Origin: Cetorhinus maximus
Lineage: Eukaryota
Length of the DNA stretch: 64,000 nt
Direction: 5' to 3'
NCBI RefSeq assembly: GCF_964194155.1
Contig: NC_135881.1
Coordinates: 70,556,001-70,620,000 of the forward strand
A model generated the notes under the pieces. It was not told where the DNA came from, ran no database searches, and saw only the letters and a program-made list of their open reading frames with translations. Shown one piece after another: positions 51,301 through 64,000 of the stretch. A program made the translations under genes and the position numbers. Numbering within the stretch: the first letter of the stretch is position 1; the number at the start of each line of letters is the position of its first letter.

Positions 51301-52640
51301 TTTCTCTGTCCCTTCCTGCCAGTTTCCAACCCTCATTTCCCATGTTCCTGTTTTCCTCTCTTAACTTGTCTCTACTCTTTGATATACCACATCTTTCCAC
51401 ATTTGATCCCTTGTCCCCACTATTTAATTTAAAACCCTATCTACTTCCTTAGTTATGCAGTTCACAAGAACACTGCTCCCAGGCCTCTTCAGGTGTAGAC
51501 TGTCCCAATGGTACAGCCCCCAGTTTCCCCAATACTGGTGCTGGTGCTTCACAAACCAGAACACACTGTTCCCACACCAGCCTTTGAGCCATGTATTCAT
51601 CTCTTTAATTTTATGTACCCTATTCCAATTTGCACGTGACTCAGGTAATAATCCAGGGATTATAACATTTGGGGTTCTGCTTTTCAATTTAGTGCCTAGC
51701 TCCTCAATCTTTACGCAGCACCTCTTTCCTAGCTCTACCTATGTTGTTTGAACCTACATGGATCACAACCACTGGATCCTTCCCCCTCCCACTGCAAGTT
51801 CCTCTTCAGCCTTGAGCAGGTGTCCTGCACCCTGGGACCAGGCTGGCAGCACAGCTGTCTGGACTCTCACTCTTTGCTACATAGAACAGTGTCAATCCCC
51901 CTCACTATACAGCCCCCTACTACCATTATGTTCCTTTTTGCTCCCCCCACTTAAATGACTCCCTGTACCACAGTTCCATGGTCAGTTTGCTCATCCACCC
52001 TGCAGCCCCCAACCTCATCCAAACAAGCTGAGAGAACCTCACACCTATTGGACAATGCAGAGGCTCTCACTCCTACACTCCTGTCCTCTGGGTCCCCTTA
52101 CCTGCTTCACTCGCAGTCACACCCTCCTGTCCCTGACCAATGACCAAATCAGGAGATTCTATCCTAAATGGTGTGACTACCTCCTGGTATAAAACATCCA
52201 GGTAATTTTCCCCCTCACTGATCTGTCGCAGAGTCTGCAGCTCAGCTTCCAGCTCAATGAATCTGAGCCAAAGTTCCTCAAGCCACAAACAATTACTGCA
52301 GACGTGTTTGCCCTGGATCACAATGTTATCCAGGAGCTCCCACATGCTGCAGCCTTGACACATCACCTGTCCTGCCATCCTTAATGGGTTTTAAATAATT
52401 ATTTAATTATATTAATAACTTATTTACGTCGCGTTTTTATATATTTTATTAACTTTATCACCAATTTGTATACTAATTAAAATCTTAGGGATAGAATGGA
52501 ACTTACCCACTTACCAGATACTCACCAAACAATTAACTCCTTTCCCTGTAGTAGAGCAAGAATCAATTCCTACAGGGTGAGAAAGATAGCAAAAGGAAAC
52601 AAACACCTCCTTCCTCCCTTCACCGAACTAACCCTCTCAC
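48338..52640 (-). mobile_element. Near full-length CR1 LINE (ORF1 Zn-finger/leucine zipper + SGNH esterase; ORF2 APE + RT), disrupted
   Basis: MCQGCSMWE...CSNC...LEAELQTL (52073-52378); DSLHL (51424-51687); YDLIAIMKSWL..GGGVALL (50933-51208); SGVPQRSVLGP..KFANDTK (49119-49520). Confidence 0.92.
48657..48769. mobile_element. 113-bp Harbinger-type mini-MITE inside CR1
   Basis: ggctgggattttcca...tggaaaatcctgccc; CR1 sequence is continuous on both sides. Confidence 0.8.
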
Positions 52641-53747
52641 TAAACTCCAAGGACAAAATTTTCCGTGCCCGCTGGCATCGGGCGTTAGTGGATAATATGG
52701 TGCAATTGATTTTACAATGGCAGGAAACCAGGTTTGTGATCTTCTGCTCAACCTGCAGATGTCGGGCCGCACTTTCTGCCGTCGGATATCGGGAACCTCA
52801 TTGTAATACATCAGCATATGATTATCAGGCCAACCCATTGGAATCACCTCCCCCCCACTGGATCTTCCAACCAGGTCGGCGGCAAAGCACGCCGATATGT
52901 TTCACAATATAAGTGACATGCACTTGGCAGCCTGCATTTTGATGGGAACTCGGAGGTGAGTACACAGTAATGTTGTGCATCGCGCGCTCGGGTTGCCTGT
53001 TGGACTTCAAGCTAGAGGGGCGCTGGAGGGTCGGGGTTAAGGGCAGCCCTGCCGTTGAATAAAGCATTCAGGCTGGGGGGTGGGGTGGGCGAGGGAAGTG
53101 GTCATGCATTAGGGTCACCCGTATAAACTGACAATTCCTCTGTAACTCAGAGAGTTCAGGCGCAGCCACATTGATATGATGGAGTCGGGCTTCTAGCTTA
53201 TCTGCCCACTCAAGCAATGCAGAGGCATCAAAGTGCCACCAAGTGCTGCAAAGCTTTCACCCCCCCACTACCACCCCGACCCAGCACAGACTGCAAAGTC
53301 ATGAGCATTTTAGTGTGCAGCAGAACAGTTGGACGACTGCACATATTGTACAATCTCCTCTCTAATACTGGCCATGGCGCAATCACTGCTGGAGGTGCTC
53401 ACAGCCCCTTGCAATGTCAGCATCCTGGTTTAGACCAGTCTCCCCCATGGTTCAAGCTAACAGTGCAGCCTTGCAGTGTGGGTTAGGAGAATGCCTGCAC
53501 CTGAGCTGAGAGCACAGCATGCAGTCCAATGGGCAAAGCTGCTGCCAATTGCTCGGGTGGACTGGGGCTGAGGTGGTGGGCTTTCGGGCAGCCGTGCAAC
53601 GCACTAATCTCTGGCCATCCAGTGGTGGCCAGCACTCTCCGGGAATCGTTAAGGGGCCTTAACACTTAACCAGGACAGGTTTTTAGTACACCCATGCTAA
53701 CCACATGCCACTCTCTTCCATCCTGCAGGGGGAGTACATCAGGATCA

Positions 53748-54985
53748 TGGAGCATGGTGAACTAGCAGTATGCCTGATGGCCTACAGAGCGTGAGAGAAA
53801 GTGACTGAGGCTTCTGGCTGCACAGAGGCAGGAGCAGAAACCTCAGGAAGAAGGGGCGGCTAGGGTGCCCACACACGTTGCCCAGGAGCCAGTGCGAGCT
53901 GTCGCTGGTTGGCACCTAGCGACATCCAGGGTCTATAGGCGCCACCTTTCAGTCCTGCAGATGACCGAGAACCAGTGTCGCCGAAAGCTGTGCATGTCTA
54001 GGGAACTGGTCGCTCACATCTACCAGCTACTGCAGGATTTGGCACCATGGGGACATGGAGGGCATCCACTGCCAGTGGCTGTGAAAGTGACTGTGGCGCT
54101 CAATTTCTACACCAGTTGCTCCTTTGAGGGCTCCACAGGTGACCACTCTGGGATCTGACAAGCCTCCACCCACAAATGCATCCATGAGGTCACGGATGCC
54201 ATCTTTGTGAGGGCACACAACTTTGTGCATTTCACCCGGGACCAGGACAGCCAGGATGCAAGAGCGATTGGATTCACCCAGATCTCGTGTTTCCCACATG
54301 TGCGGGGTGCGAATGACTGCATTCATGTGGCGCTCAGATCTCAGTCGCAACACACAGTGACTTCATCAACTGCAAGGGTTTCCATTTGCTGAATGTGCAG
54401 CTGGTGTGTGACCACCAGAAACACATCCTGCAGGTTTGCGCACGGTTTCCAGGGAGTGTGCACGACACCTACATCCTCAGTCGGTCACAGATCCCTGGAG
54501 TCTTCCAGGGTCCACAGAAGCTGCAGGGATGGCTCTTTGAGGGCAAGGGCTACCCGCAGAGGCTGTGGCTGATGACACCCATACGGTGGCCTCAGACTGC
54601 AGCAGAGCGATGGCATAACGAGGCTCATGATGCAACTCACAACTTGGTGGAACAAACCATCGGGATGCTGAAGGTGAGGTTCCAGTGCCTGGACCGGTTT
54701 GGTGGAGCCCTGCAATACAGTCCACAGAGGGTGCCACGTGTCGTTGTTATCTGCTGCGCCCTTTACAACCTGGTACTGCAATGGGGAGACAAACTGGCTG
54801 AGGAGGACATGGAGAAGCTGCACGTCTCCAACGATGAGGAGGATGCCAATGGGAATGAGGGTCAGGAGGTCCTCGGAGAAGACGATGACGGGGATGAGGG
54901 CCTCACACTGGCTGGATGAGACAAACGTGCTTGGGAGGCCCTCATAGCTGCCAGATTTGTGGAGGATGATGTCAACATGCAGTGA
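53748..54985 (+). pseudogene. HARBI1-like DDE transposase, disrupted
   Basis: LPVAVKVTVALNFY, GANDCIHVAL, LNVQLVCD..ARFPGSVHDTYIL, KGYP..WLMTP, VEQTIGMLKVRFQCLD, CCALYNL; stops and frameshifts. Confidence 0.9.
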
Positions 54986-56041
54986 GGTCCTCACATCACA
55001 TCTGTGAACGTTTGACTCCAGTCTGGCTTACAGCAGCGTGAATACCCTCCGTGAGATGCTCCTGTCATGGAGACGCAGTGGAGTCCATAATAGTCACTCA
55101 ATTTCAGGAGGATGTTGACAACATGCAGTGAGGACACTCCATAGATCTTCACATAGCCTCTGAGAATATCTGACTCCTGTCTGGCCGAGGGCAGCTCGCT
55201 TTCACTCTGTGATCAGGGTCATATCATAGAGATGCAGCCATGAAACTCTAGAATCATCTGACCCTTCGTCCACCTTCAGCATCTGAGCCTTTCAGGAGCT
55301 GGAGCACAGCATCAGTGGTCACGGATGCTGAAGAGATGGGGGCCAGCCCCACCTTAAAAGGTGCTGAGAGCACACAGAGAGAATGAGAGAACTCTGTGGC
55401 GCCTGTCCACTATATTTTGGCAGCAATGACAAGCACCGTTGAGGTGCAGGCATCTGTAATGTTTCCAGGGAGTGTGAGACTGGACCATCACTTTGGTCTG
55501 AAGGCTGTACAGAGCACAGGGAAGAGGCCCTGGACTGAGACACCTGCCTTTACCTTCTGCAGAAAGGTTTCACATCTGAGTGAAATCAGAACAAGGAGCC
55601 ATAGGCAGAGACATTCTTGGGAATTTATTGACAATAGTGAAAAGTATGTACAAGTGCTTAACATCTGTGCCCAGGCTGTGCAACTAATTCTCCTTAACTT
55701 TCCTAACCCTGCCTCTATGTCTTGGTGCTCCTCGGACTTCCACAGCGGAGGTGGAGGCAGCCTGATGACTACAAAGCCCTGTCTGTGATGACATTGGCTG
55801 TTGTCCTCTAGAGGTGTGTGACTCTGCGCTGGTGGAGGGTGTGGGTGAGCGCTGTGAAGGGTCTTCAGGGAGGGTGCCTTCAGATTTCTCTTCAGAGGTT
55901 TCTTCAGGGCTTGATTGGAGGCCCTGGGTCATGGATTCAGTCAGCAAGGAGAGATAATTAGTGCATGGCAGTGGCCTGTGAAACAGAACACATCACTCAT
56001 GGCATGGTTGTCTGATGGATGTTGCACTGCTGGATTCTCAC

Positions 56042-56672
56042 TTGGTAGAGCAGCGCCGACCTCACCGTCAGCACAGGACTGGTCATGGTCATCGCTGGCC
56101 AGCTGTATGGCTCTGTTTTCAAAGTCCATGAGAGCCTTGATTTCGGGCATTCCGCCACCAATCTGCGACCTCTCCCTCTTGTTGTGTGCCAGCTTGTCCT
56201 GCATGGATAGAGATGGAGAGAGTGTAAGAAGGACGCCTGCCAGGCCAGATGATAAGTATGTCTGGCCTGTGTGGGTGGTGAATGGTCCCATGGATGGGAT
56301 GAGAACAATGAAGTTGTGTGTGAGAGAGTGAATGGTGATGTCCCTTGAACTGGCAGTGAGTGAGGGCCCTGTGGATGTGTGATGGGTTTGTGAGTGTGTG
56401 AGTTAAGATTGATGAAAAGAGTGACTTACCCTGGCAGAAAGGATGAGAGCATTCATCCTGTTGTGGCACTGGGTGGCTGTCCTCTTTTGAAGGGCATTGG
56501 CACTGACCACCACTGCCACCACTTCCCAAACCAGTTTAGTGCTGTTGCTGTCCATCCTGCGGCCAGAGCGGGGGTAGAGGATATCCCGGCAGGCATCCAC
56601 GGCATCCAAAAAGTACTTGAGCGACGCGTTGCTGAACCTGGGGGCTGCAGTCTTCTTCAGTTTCAGGGCCAT
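56042..56672 (-). pseudogene. Harbinger Myb/SANT-like (NAIF1/MSANTD-type) gene, exons 56672-56430 and 56198-56042
   Basis: MALKLKKTAAPRFSNASL...WEVVA..VSA...RTATQCHNRMNALILSAR|gtaagt...catgcag|DKLAHNKRERSQIGGG. Confidence 0.8.
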
Positions 56673-59600
56673 ATCTTCTGTGCAGCAGTAGTGGTCTGGA
56701 AGCACTGAGATGTGTGCTTGTGGCTGGACTTTAAACAGGGCGCCCAGTGTGATGCAGCAGTGGGATGATGACGGGTGAGAAAATGAGAGCCTACCTGCCA
56801 TGGAAATGATAATGAGGTCTTCCTGTTAAATTCAGTAGAAGTTTCACATTCCCAGGATTTCTAGGATCCCCCTGTAACTGCATGTTCCCTCTCCTTTCCC
56901 AGCGCCATGTAAATATCAGGGCCCAGTTTATTTCTTCCATATAGGACAATGAAAAGCCATGCTAACATTTTTGTTGGTTATGAAATGTAGCTTTGTTCTG
57001 ACCCAAACATTTCAATGAAAGGCATCTAATTATTTTAATACCTCACGAGGTAAAAAGTATGCAAAGAATTAGAGGTCGCCAAGATGATGAAGTATGATAA
57101 ATCATATCACAAACCAACATTCTTAAGAGAGAAGGGATGTGTGGGGAAAGAAATTTCAATATACGGGCTCTGAATTTCCATGGGCCTTCCAGCTCCCTCT
57201 GGCCAGATATGCCCAGTCCGGTCCTCAATTTCCAGTATCTGCAGGACTTCGAAGTCAAACCTCCTTTCACTTCAAGCAAGGTCGCCCACCTCTCAGAGAA
57301 CATGGATATGAGTTGGAGACTCCCAGACATGGAGATTCCTAATTCCCAATCTGGGATCCACAGAGCAATCAATGTCTGGTCTTGCAAACTGAGGCTGACC
57401 TCGAGCTTGGGTCTCTGACTTCACTTGGACCACCAAATAAGGATGAAATCTATTGGGCTTCATCACCCCTCTCCGGCTATCAGAGCCAATGGTTCCATCA
57501 AAAAAAATCTTTGCCAGCAGCCAGGGAACAAGAAAGAATAACTGGGAAGCACCCGTAATGTGATGAATGCTGAAGTAGTGCGGGTGCTAACTAGCAATAT
57601 TTAAAACTAGTAACCTTGCCTGGCCCTGGAGGCTTTGCCAGGGTTTGTAGTAGAGAACACCAGTAGATGCATCCTAGCACTGATGTTGGCGTGTCAGCCT
57701 CACAGAGCTTCAGCTCTATTGTCTTTCTCCATATACTTTCCATGAGAAAATTGTTATAAAATCTCCCACCTTAAAGAAAATATGCTTATTCTTCACTGTC
57801 TATATTCGGCCAGGTGGAATACTGAAATTTCTCCAGGAAAAAGATAAATAGAAGGAAAAAAATTGAAGGAAAGGTTGTGTTTATGTAGTGCCCTTCACAT
57901 TCTCAGCATATTCCAAAGAGCTTCACAGCCAAGGAATTAATAAAAATTTAGGAAGTAAAAAGTGGTCCATAGCAAAATGAGGTTGCAGAAAAACTGAAAG
58001 TCTGAAGCAAAACCATAAAAACACAAATAAGGAAAGAAAAGTCCAGTAAGAGAATGGCGTTAAATTTAATAAGTAGATCAATATTACACCTTCTTGTTTT
58101 TGTAATGCATTTCATTATTTCCCTTCCTGAAGTTTCCTACTACCACCCTATCCACAGCATCAATTGAAAGCATAATCCCAGCCCTTCACAAATGTATCTC
58201 TCAGCTTTTCTCTACTAAGTGTACTAGAATACCAGGAATTCCTGTTCCTGGATTCCATGCTGGAAAACGCCTGGCTTCTGTTCAGTTCCTCCTCATAGTG
58301 CAACCGTTAAAATCTGGAAATTATTAGATGGGGAAACGGGACATGACCGACATTCACCTGGGGAGTGTCTAAGAATAGAAAATTCAATTTTATAATGGAG
58401 CTGTTGGATAATTCTAACAATCAATCTCTAAACTCTGTCATCCTATACATTCCAGTAGCACTGAATTTTCTGTTCTCAGTAGTCTCTGATTGGCATCCTG
58501 GAATGACAGAGATATTTATTTGTTCAAGATAAAACATAAGTACTGAGTAGATAAAATCAAAGAACAGTGTGAAATGATACCACAAGCCTCGAAATGGGCC
58601 CTAAGTGGTGAACTAGGCAGGAATTTAATTGTGAAGTCAATGGAAACTACAAAGATGCTTTAAGAGAATTGTGAAAGTTACCCTGTTTACAGTAACTTAA
58701 CTGCCTGTTGCATTATTGGAAAGATAACTTTTACAGTGTTAAATCTGAATCAAAGGGAATTCCAGTTGTAGTTAATGCAATCAGTAATTGTGGTGCTGTT
58801 TAGTTATCTATGTCTGCATATGTATTGCGAATGTCACCTTTCATGAATGTGGAACTGTTTATTTTGAGAAGGCTTTACAAATAACTCCTAATTTTCATTG
58901 CAATTGTGCAATCAATAAATGTTGCTCTTTTAACAAAATTGAGCTGTTCTTCAAAATCATGCATCGATTGGTGTAAGAAGCAGCTACACCCTTGGCTATC
59001 AATGTTGTACATTTCAAGACACAATGGTGGGTACCTGTTCCCTGCCATTTTCTAACACCTAGTTTATAAGTGATTGACTTTATCAAGGAAAAATTCTGCA
59101 AGTCTACTGGCTCATTCACTGTAAATAAGAAATGTGCAGTGCGACCAATCAAATGCAGTCCAGACAATGAAAAGGGTCAATGGCAATGCAAATATCAACA
59201 ATATCCAAATATTGCACTCTTTGAAATACTTTTTCAGTAAGAGGATGAGTAATCTTATGATCAAACAATTACCATCTGCATTTGCTTTTCCAATATAACA
59301 TGATTTTTTTTATATAACAACCAGCATAGATCATAATTCAAATTGATTGATACCACATTAAGAATTCTGCTTGCTAGTGCAGATCATGAATACTGTATTC
59401 AGGCTATAACATGCAACTTAATAAAATAACTTCTGTTGTAAGCATTGCAGTGATGAGCTTGATGTGGAATTTATCAAATTTAACTGCATTATATTGTCAT
59501 ATATACTGTTTAGTGAATGGCTCTGTAAGCTACTGTTAAAAAGACTGACTAAAAGTACCCTGATAAGTAATGGTATAACCCTACTAACGACTATCAACAC

Positions 59601-60049
59601 ACATTGCACAATTCAGCATCCTCACAGGAGCTCAGCTGAAGGCAAATTCTATTTGCTTTTAGTCTATTAATGTATATAACATATATTTAACATTTATGCA
59701 TCCATATGTAAAAGCATAGCTCACAATGCAGTTTTAGTATTCTATTCCTCTGGTTAATTCATGTGTGCCAAAGCATTTTTGCAATCATGTGTGAGATGAA
59801 AATGTATTGCAAATTATATTCTAATATATTCAAATTAGCCACATTGACATGTAACTAGGCATCCTTGAGACTGGGGCCTACAGAAAAAAAATTACTGAAA
59901 ATAGACGGTAGAAAATAACAGGAGCTCCAGCAATACTAGGAGGAAGCCCTCAGTGGTAGGGTGGTTTATTCCCATTAGTAAAATTTAGGACGTCATGAAA
60001 AATTTGAGACTTATTTAATTATGACTGAAACTAGGGTTGTAAATCTGAA

Positions 60050-60524
60050 CAAACAAACTACATAGTTACGAGGAACAGGTTGGCTTAAGTAGATTAGGAA
60101 ACTAGATTAAAAGATATGACAGTAGATAAGCAATCACGAACATTTAAAGAATGAATTCATAATTTGCAGTGAACACACATTCCCTGAAGGAATTAAAATA
60201 ACCCAAGGGGAAAAGTGGTCCAAACATGGCTAACAATAGAAGTTAGAGATAGTATAAGATTAAAGGACAAGGCTTATAAACTTGCCAAAAAGAGTAGTAA
60301 GACTGGGGACTGGTGGACTTCAGAATTCAGCAACAGGTGACCAGGAAATTGACAAAGAAAATAGATAGGAGTATGTTAGTAAGAGACATAGAAACAGAGT
60401 GCAAACACTTCTATAGCTACGTAAAAAGCAAGACATTAGCAAAAGTAAGCATGGGTGCCTTAGAGGCAAAGACAGGAGAAATTATAAGGGAATGAGGAAA
60501 TGGCAGAGGCATTAAACAAATAAA
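60050..60524 (+). mobile_element. CR1 ORF2 linker fragment, interrupted by a Harbinger-type element (60525-61278)
   Basis: KHFYSYVKSK...GALEAKTGEII..NEEMAEALNK; the insert ends in aaaatccagc. Confidence 0.7.
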
Positions 60525-61934
60525 TTGGCCAGCTGTCAGGCTGACAGGGGTCTCACCCACCGGTCAGAGAACCAGCAGGGAACACCCGTCAGTTCCGTCG
60601 GGGAGGCCCAACAGACTAAAGTGCCTTTAAGGCACTTAAATGGCCACTGTTGGCCCTTCCCTGTGATTGAGGTCCTTGGTGTCAGGAGTCCTGCCCACCA
60701 TGAGGCCGGCAGCTCATCATACTGCAGTGTCAACAGGAGTTTGGCATCTGGCGAGAATGCACCTACTAGAGGCCTAGGATCATCGAGGGATCCCAGACCA
60801 AACACGAGTGAAAGCGGGGATCAGGAAGTGTGGGTTGTAGGAAGGGTCAGGGTGTCAGAGGAAGGGTGTCTTCTAGCAGCCAACCCCCCTGCCCAATGTT
60901 GTGTCCCCCAGTCGGACACAGAGCGCCTGATAGCAAGGGACCCATGCACCACCACCACCCCAGCTACACCTTCCCCGCCCCCCACCCCCCCAAGACTGGG
61001 TTTGCTGAGCTGCCTTTGGGAGAAACTGGAGTGCCATGCAGTCCCCAGTTAACCGCTGAGCACTGCTAAATTGAAGATGGCTCAGAAATAATGAGTGTCA
61101 ATTGCCTCATTAATGAGCTTAATTAACATCCTGCCGGCGGCAGCCGGGAATCCCGCATCAGCTCCTTTCGCCCTCCAATCGGGGGCGGTTTTGCCACCAC
61201 CAAGACTGACATGGAGCCTTGATTAAGTGGGCTCAGCTGTCATATTTTCACCGCAATGGGCTGCATAAAATCCAGCTCCTTGTATGTGCATTTAAGGTAG
61301 GTGACACAAAAAACATTCCGATTGTAAGGGTAAGCCAAGGCCAGAAATCTCCCAGCCTCATGGAGACACCTTTGGAGGGGAGATGGAGGATGAGAAAATC
61401 AAAACGATGAGCATTGTGCCAGAATCTGATGTCTTCCCGCCTCCATGAGCTTTTCCCAGAGGTGGGCTTCCAGCAACAATAACTACAAACCTAGCAGTCG
61501 CAGGCAGAGTCAAATAAAGGTATTTAAAACTTCCAATGATGCCTGTTTTGGTACTTCAATGAGATTTTCTGAAAGATGCATACAACCCAACTAGTCACAG
61601 GAGCTCTTCAGCTCCGAGGAAATCACAGCGGGGAGTCATCATTACCTGGAACTGACAGACATTCAGGTCAAGAAGGAGCAAGGCAGCAAAGCTCAGGATA
61701 GGACTAAATGATTTATCAAATTATTCAGACTAAATAGGACAGAAGGGGAACCTATATAAATCCTATAGGGAGGAACATGAAGGTCTTCTCTAAGATGAAT
61801 ATAGAACATACAGAAACATGAGAAGATGATGAACAAGGTCAAAGAAGGACTTGTAAAAATTGTAACTAGAGATATAAAACTAGTAGCGCAACAGTAAGAT
61901 GATGTGTGAAGAAATGTAAACAAATGAATAGTAG

Positions 61935-62334
61935 CAGAGACTGGAGGAGGAGGCTCCGCAAATATCCCCATCCTCAATGATGGAGGACCCCAGCACATCA
62001 GTGCAAAAGATAAGGCTGAAGCATTTATGCCATCTTCAGCAAGAAGTGCCGAGTGGATGATCCATCTCAGCCTCCTCCGGAGGTCCCCAGCATCACAGAT
62101 GCCAGTCTTCGGCCAATTCAATTCACTCCATGTGATATCAAGAAACAGCTGAAGGCACTGGATACTGCAAAGGCTATGGGCCCTGACAATATTCCGGCAA
62201 TGGTCCTGAAGACTTGTGTTTCAGAACTAGCCGCATTCTTAGCCAAGCTGTTCCAGTAAAGCTACAACACTGGCATCTACCCTGCTACATGGAAAATTGC
62301 TGGGGTATGTCCTGTACACAAAAAGCAGGACAAA
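61935..62334 (+). mobile_element. CR1-group LINE fragment (pre-RT region)
   Basis: KAMGPDNIPAMVLKTC..ELA..LAKLFQ, WKIA.VCPVHKK. Confidence 0.8.
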
Positions 62335-64000
62335 TAAGAATAAGAGCAATAGTAATAGGGAATTCTATAGTCAGGGGAACAAATAGGCACTACTGTGGCC
62401 GTCAACGTGACTCCAGGATGGTATGTTGCCTCCCTGGTGCCAGGGTCTGGGATGTCACTGAATGGCTACAGGGCATCCTGAAGGGGGAGGGTGATCAGGC
62501 AGAGGTCATGGCACATGTTGGTACCAATGACATAGGTAGAAAGAGGGGTGAGGTCTTGCATCAAGAATTCAGGGAGTTAGGCAGTAGACAGGACCTCTCG
62601 GGTTGCAATCTCTGGATTACTCCTAGTGCCACATGCTAGCGAGCTCAGAAATAGGAGAATAGCGCAGATGAATATGTGGCTTAAGAGTTGGTGCAGGAGG
62701 GAGGATTTGAGATTCCGGGATCACTGGGACCGTTTCTGGGGAAGGTGGGACCTGTACAAGCGGGACAGTCTACATCTGAACCAGAGCGGGACTAACATCC
62801 TTGCAGGTGGGTTTGCTAGTGCTGCTGGGAGGAGTTTAAACTAATTCAGCAGGGGGAGGGGACACAGAATGTTAGCAGAATAGGGACACATCATAATACA
62901 GTAAAACAATCAAGTCAGAGGGAGTACAGCTGCATGAAGTTTCAAGGGAGTAAGGCAAGGCAAGAAGGCCTCTACTTTAAGGAGTACTACAGGTAAAATG
63001 GACGAGTTAAGGGTGAGCCAAAACAAAAACAGAATTACCTGGAAAAACTCAGCAGGTCTGGCAGCATCGGCGGAGAAGAAATCAGTTAACGTTTCGAGCC
63101 TTCATGGCCCTTCGGCAGAACTGAAGCATAGTTAGGAGAAGGGAGAAATATAAACATATAAAAACATATAAATATAAACATATAAAACATATAAAAATAT
63201 ATAAAGGGCCATGAAGGCTCGAAACGTTAACTGATTTCTTCTCCGCCGATGCTGCCAGACCTGCTGAGTTTTTCCAGGTAATTCTGTTTTTGTTTTGGAT
63301 TTCAGGCATCCGCAGTAGCTTTTAGCTTTTTGTTTTTATCTCTGAGTTAAGGGTGAGGATTGACACGCGGAATTTGATATAGTAGCAATCACAGAGACGT
63401 GGTTGAAGGAGGGACAGGATTGGCAGCTCAACATTCCAGGATATAGAATCTTTAGGTGAGACAGGGGAGGGGGTAAAAGAGGAGGAGACATTGCATTATT
63501 AGTTAAGGAGTCAGTTACTGCAGTAAGGAGAGATGATATCTTGGAGGGGGCATCGAATGAAGTTTTGTGGATAGAGCTTAGGAATAAAAAAAGGGGCAGC
63601 CACATTGTTAGGTGTTTATTATAGACCCCCAGATAGTCAGCAGGAAATTGAGGAGCAAATATGTGCACAATTTGCAGAGCTGCGTAAAAACATTAACAAT
63701 AGGGTAATTCTATTAGGTGATTTCAACTTTCCCAACATTAATTGGAATAGACATAGTGTTAAAGGCTTGGATGGAGTCAATTTCTTGAAATGTGTACAGG
63801 AGAACCTTTTAGGTCAATATGTAGAGGGCCCAACAAGGGACGGCGCAGTGCTGGACCTAATTCTGGGGAATGAAGCCGGACAGGTGGCTGAGGTGGTGGT
63901 GGGGGAGCATTTTAGTCATAGCGACCACAACATGGTACAATTTAAGCTTGTTATGGACAAAGAAATAGACAAGTTTCAAAAAAATATTTTGGATTGGGAG
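62335..64000 (+). mobile_element. CR1 LINE: ORF1 SGNH esterase and ORF2 APE start, continuing beyond the window
   Basis: IVIGNSIVRG, CLPGA, HVGTND, DSLHLN; then AITETWL, YYRPP, LGDFNFP, LDLILGN, SDHN. Confidence 0.9.
63018..63343. mobile_element. Palindromic mini-Penelope insertion with 14-bp TSD
   Basis: 95-bp inverted arms at 63018-63112 and 63204-63298; TSD gagttaagggtgag at 63004-63017 and 63344-63357; near-identical to 3231-3353. Confidence 0.92.

Larger units (their letters stand above)
52651..56924. mobile_element. Harbinger/PIF DNA transposon with convergent transposase and Myb-like genes (decayed)
   Basis: TIR-like ggacaaaattttcc at left; both genes recognisable; right boundary uncertain. 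Confidence 0.8.

Noticed and set aside
60525-61069. 175-aa ORF and similar GC-rich ORFs at 7752-8336 and 13236-13909
   Set aside because: Lie in GC-rich non-autonomous Harbinger-type sequence and show no recognisable domains.
63141-63205. CRISPR-like array or true satellite
   Set aside because: Short irregular AT stutter at an insertion junction; no repeat-spacer structure and eukaryotic context.

Overview
Repeat-dominated eukaryotic DNA, most consistent with a cartilaginous fish (shark-like): CR1 LINEs with SGNH ORF1, Deu- and Nin-domain SINEs, and many Harbinger elements. I could not support any intact host gene, RNA gene or CRISPR array. Main content: (1) a young Neptune-type Penelope-like element (RT + GIY-YIG, open frame ~615-2912) in a head-to-head fold-back with a second copy at 1-615 and a hammerhead-like 3' UTR; (2) three tiny Penelope-tail insertions carrying hammerhead motifs, each flanked by a direct repeat consistent with a TSD (30185, 34900, 63018); (3) a Mag-like Gypsy element (22369-26282) whose RT/RNase H is replaced by a UACA/ANKRD24-like coiled-coil fragment, plus a solo LTR of the same family; (4) decayed Harbinger transposons and MITEs; (5) CR1 and RTE LINE pieces. 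AT-rich unique tracts at ~43-48 kb and ~58-60 kb may hold regulatory DNA. Family assignments come from recognising motifs by eye, with no database search, and boundaries of decayed elements are approximate.
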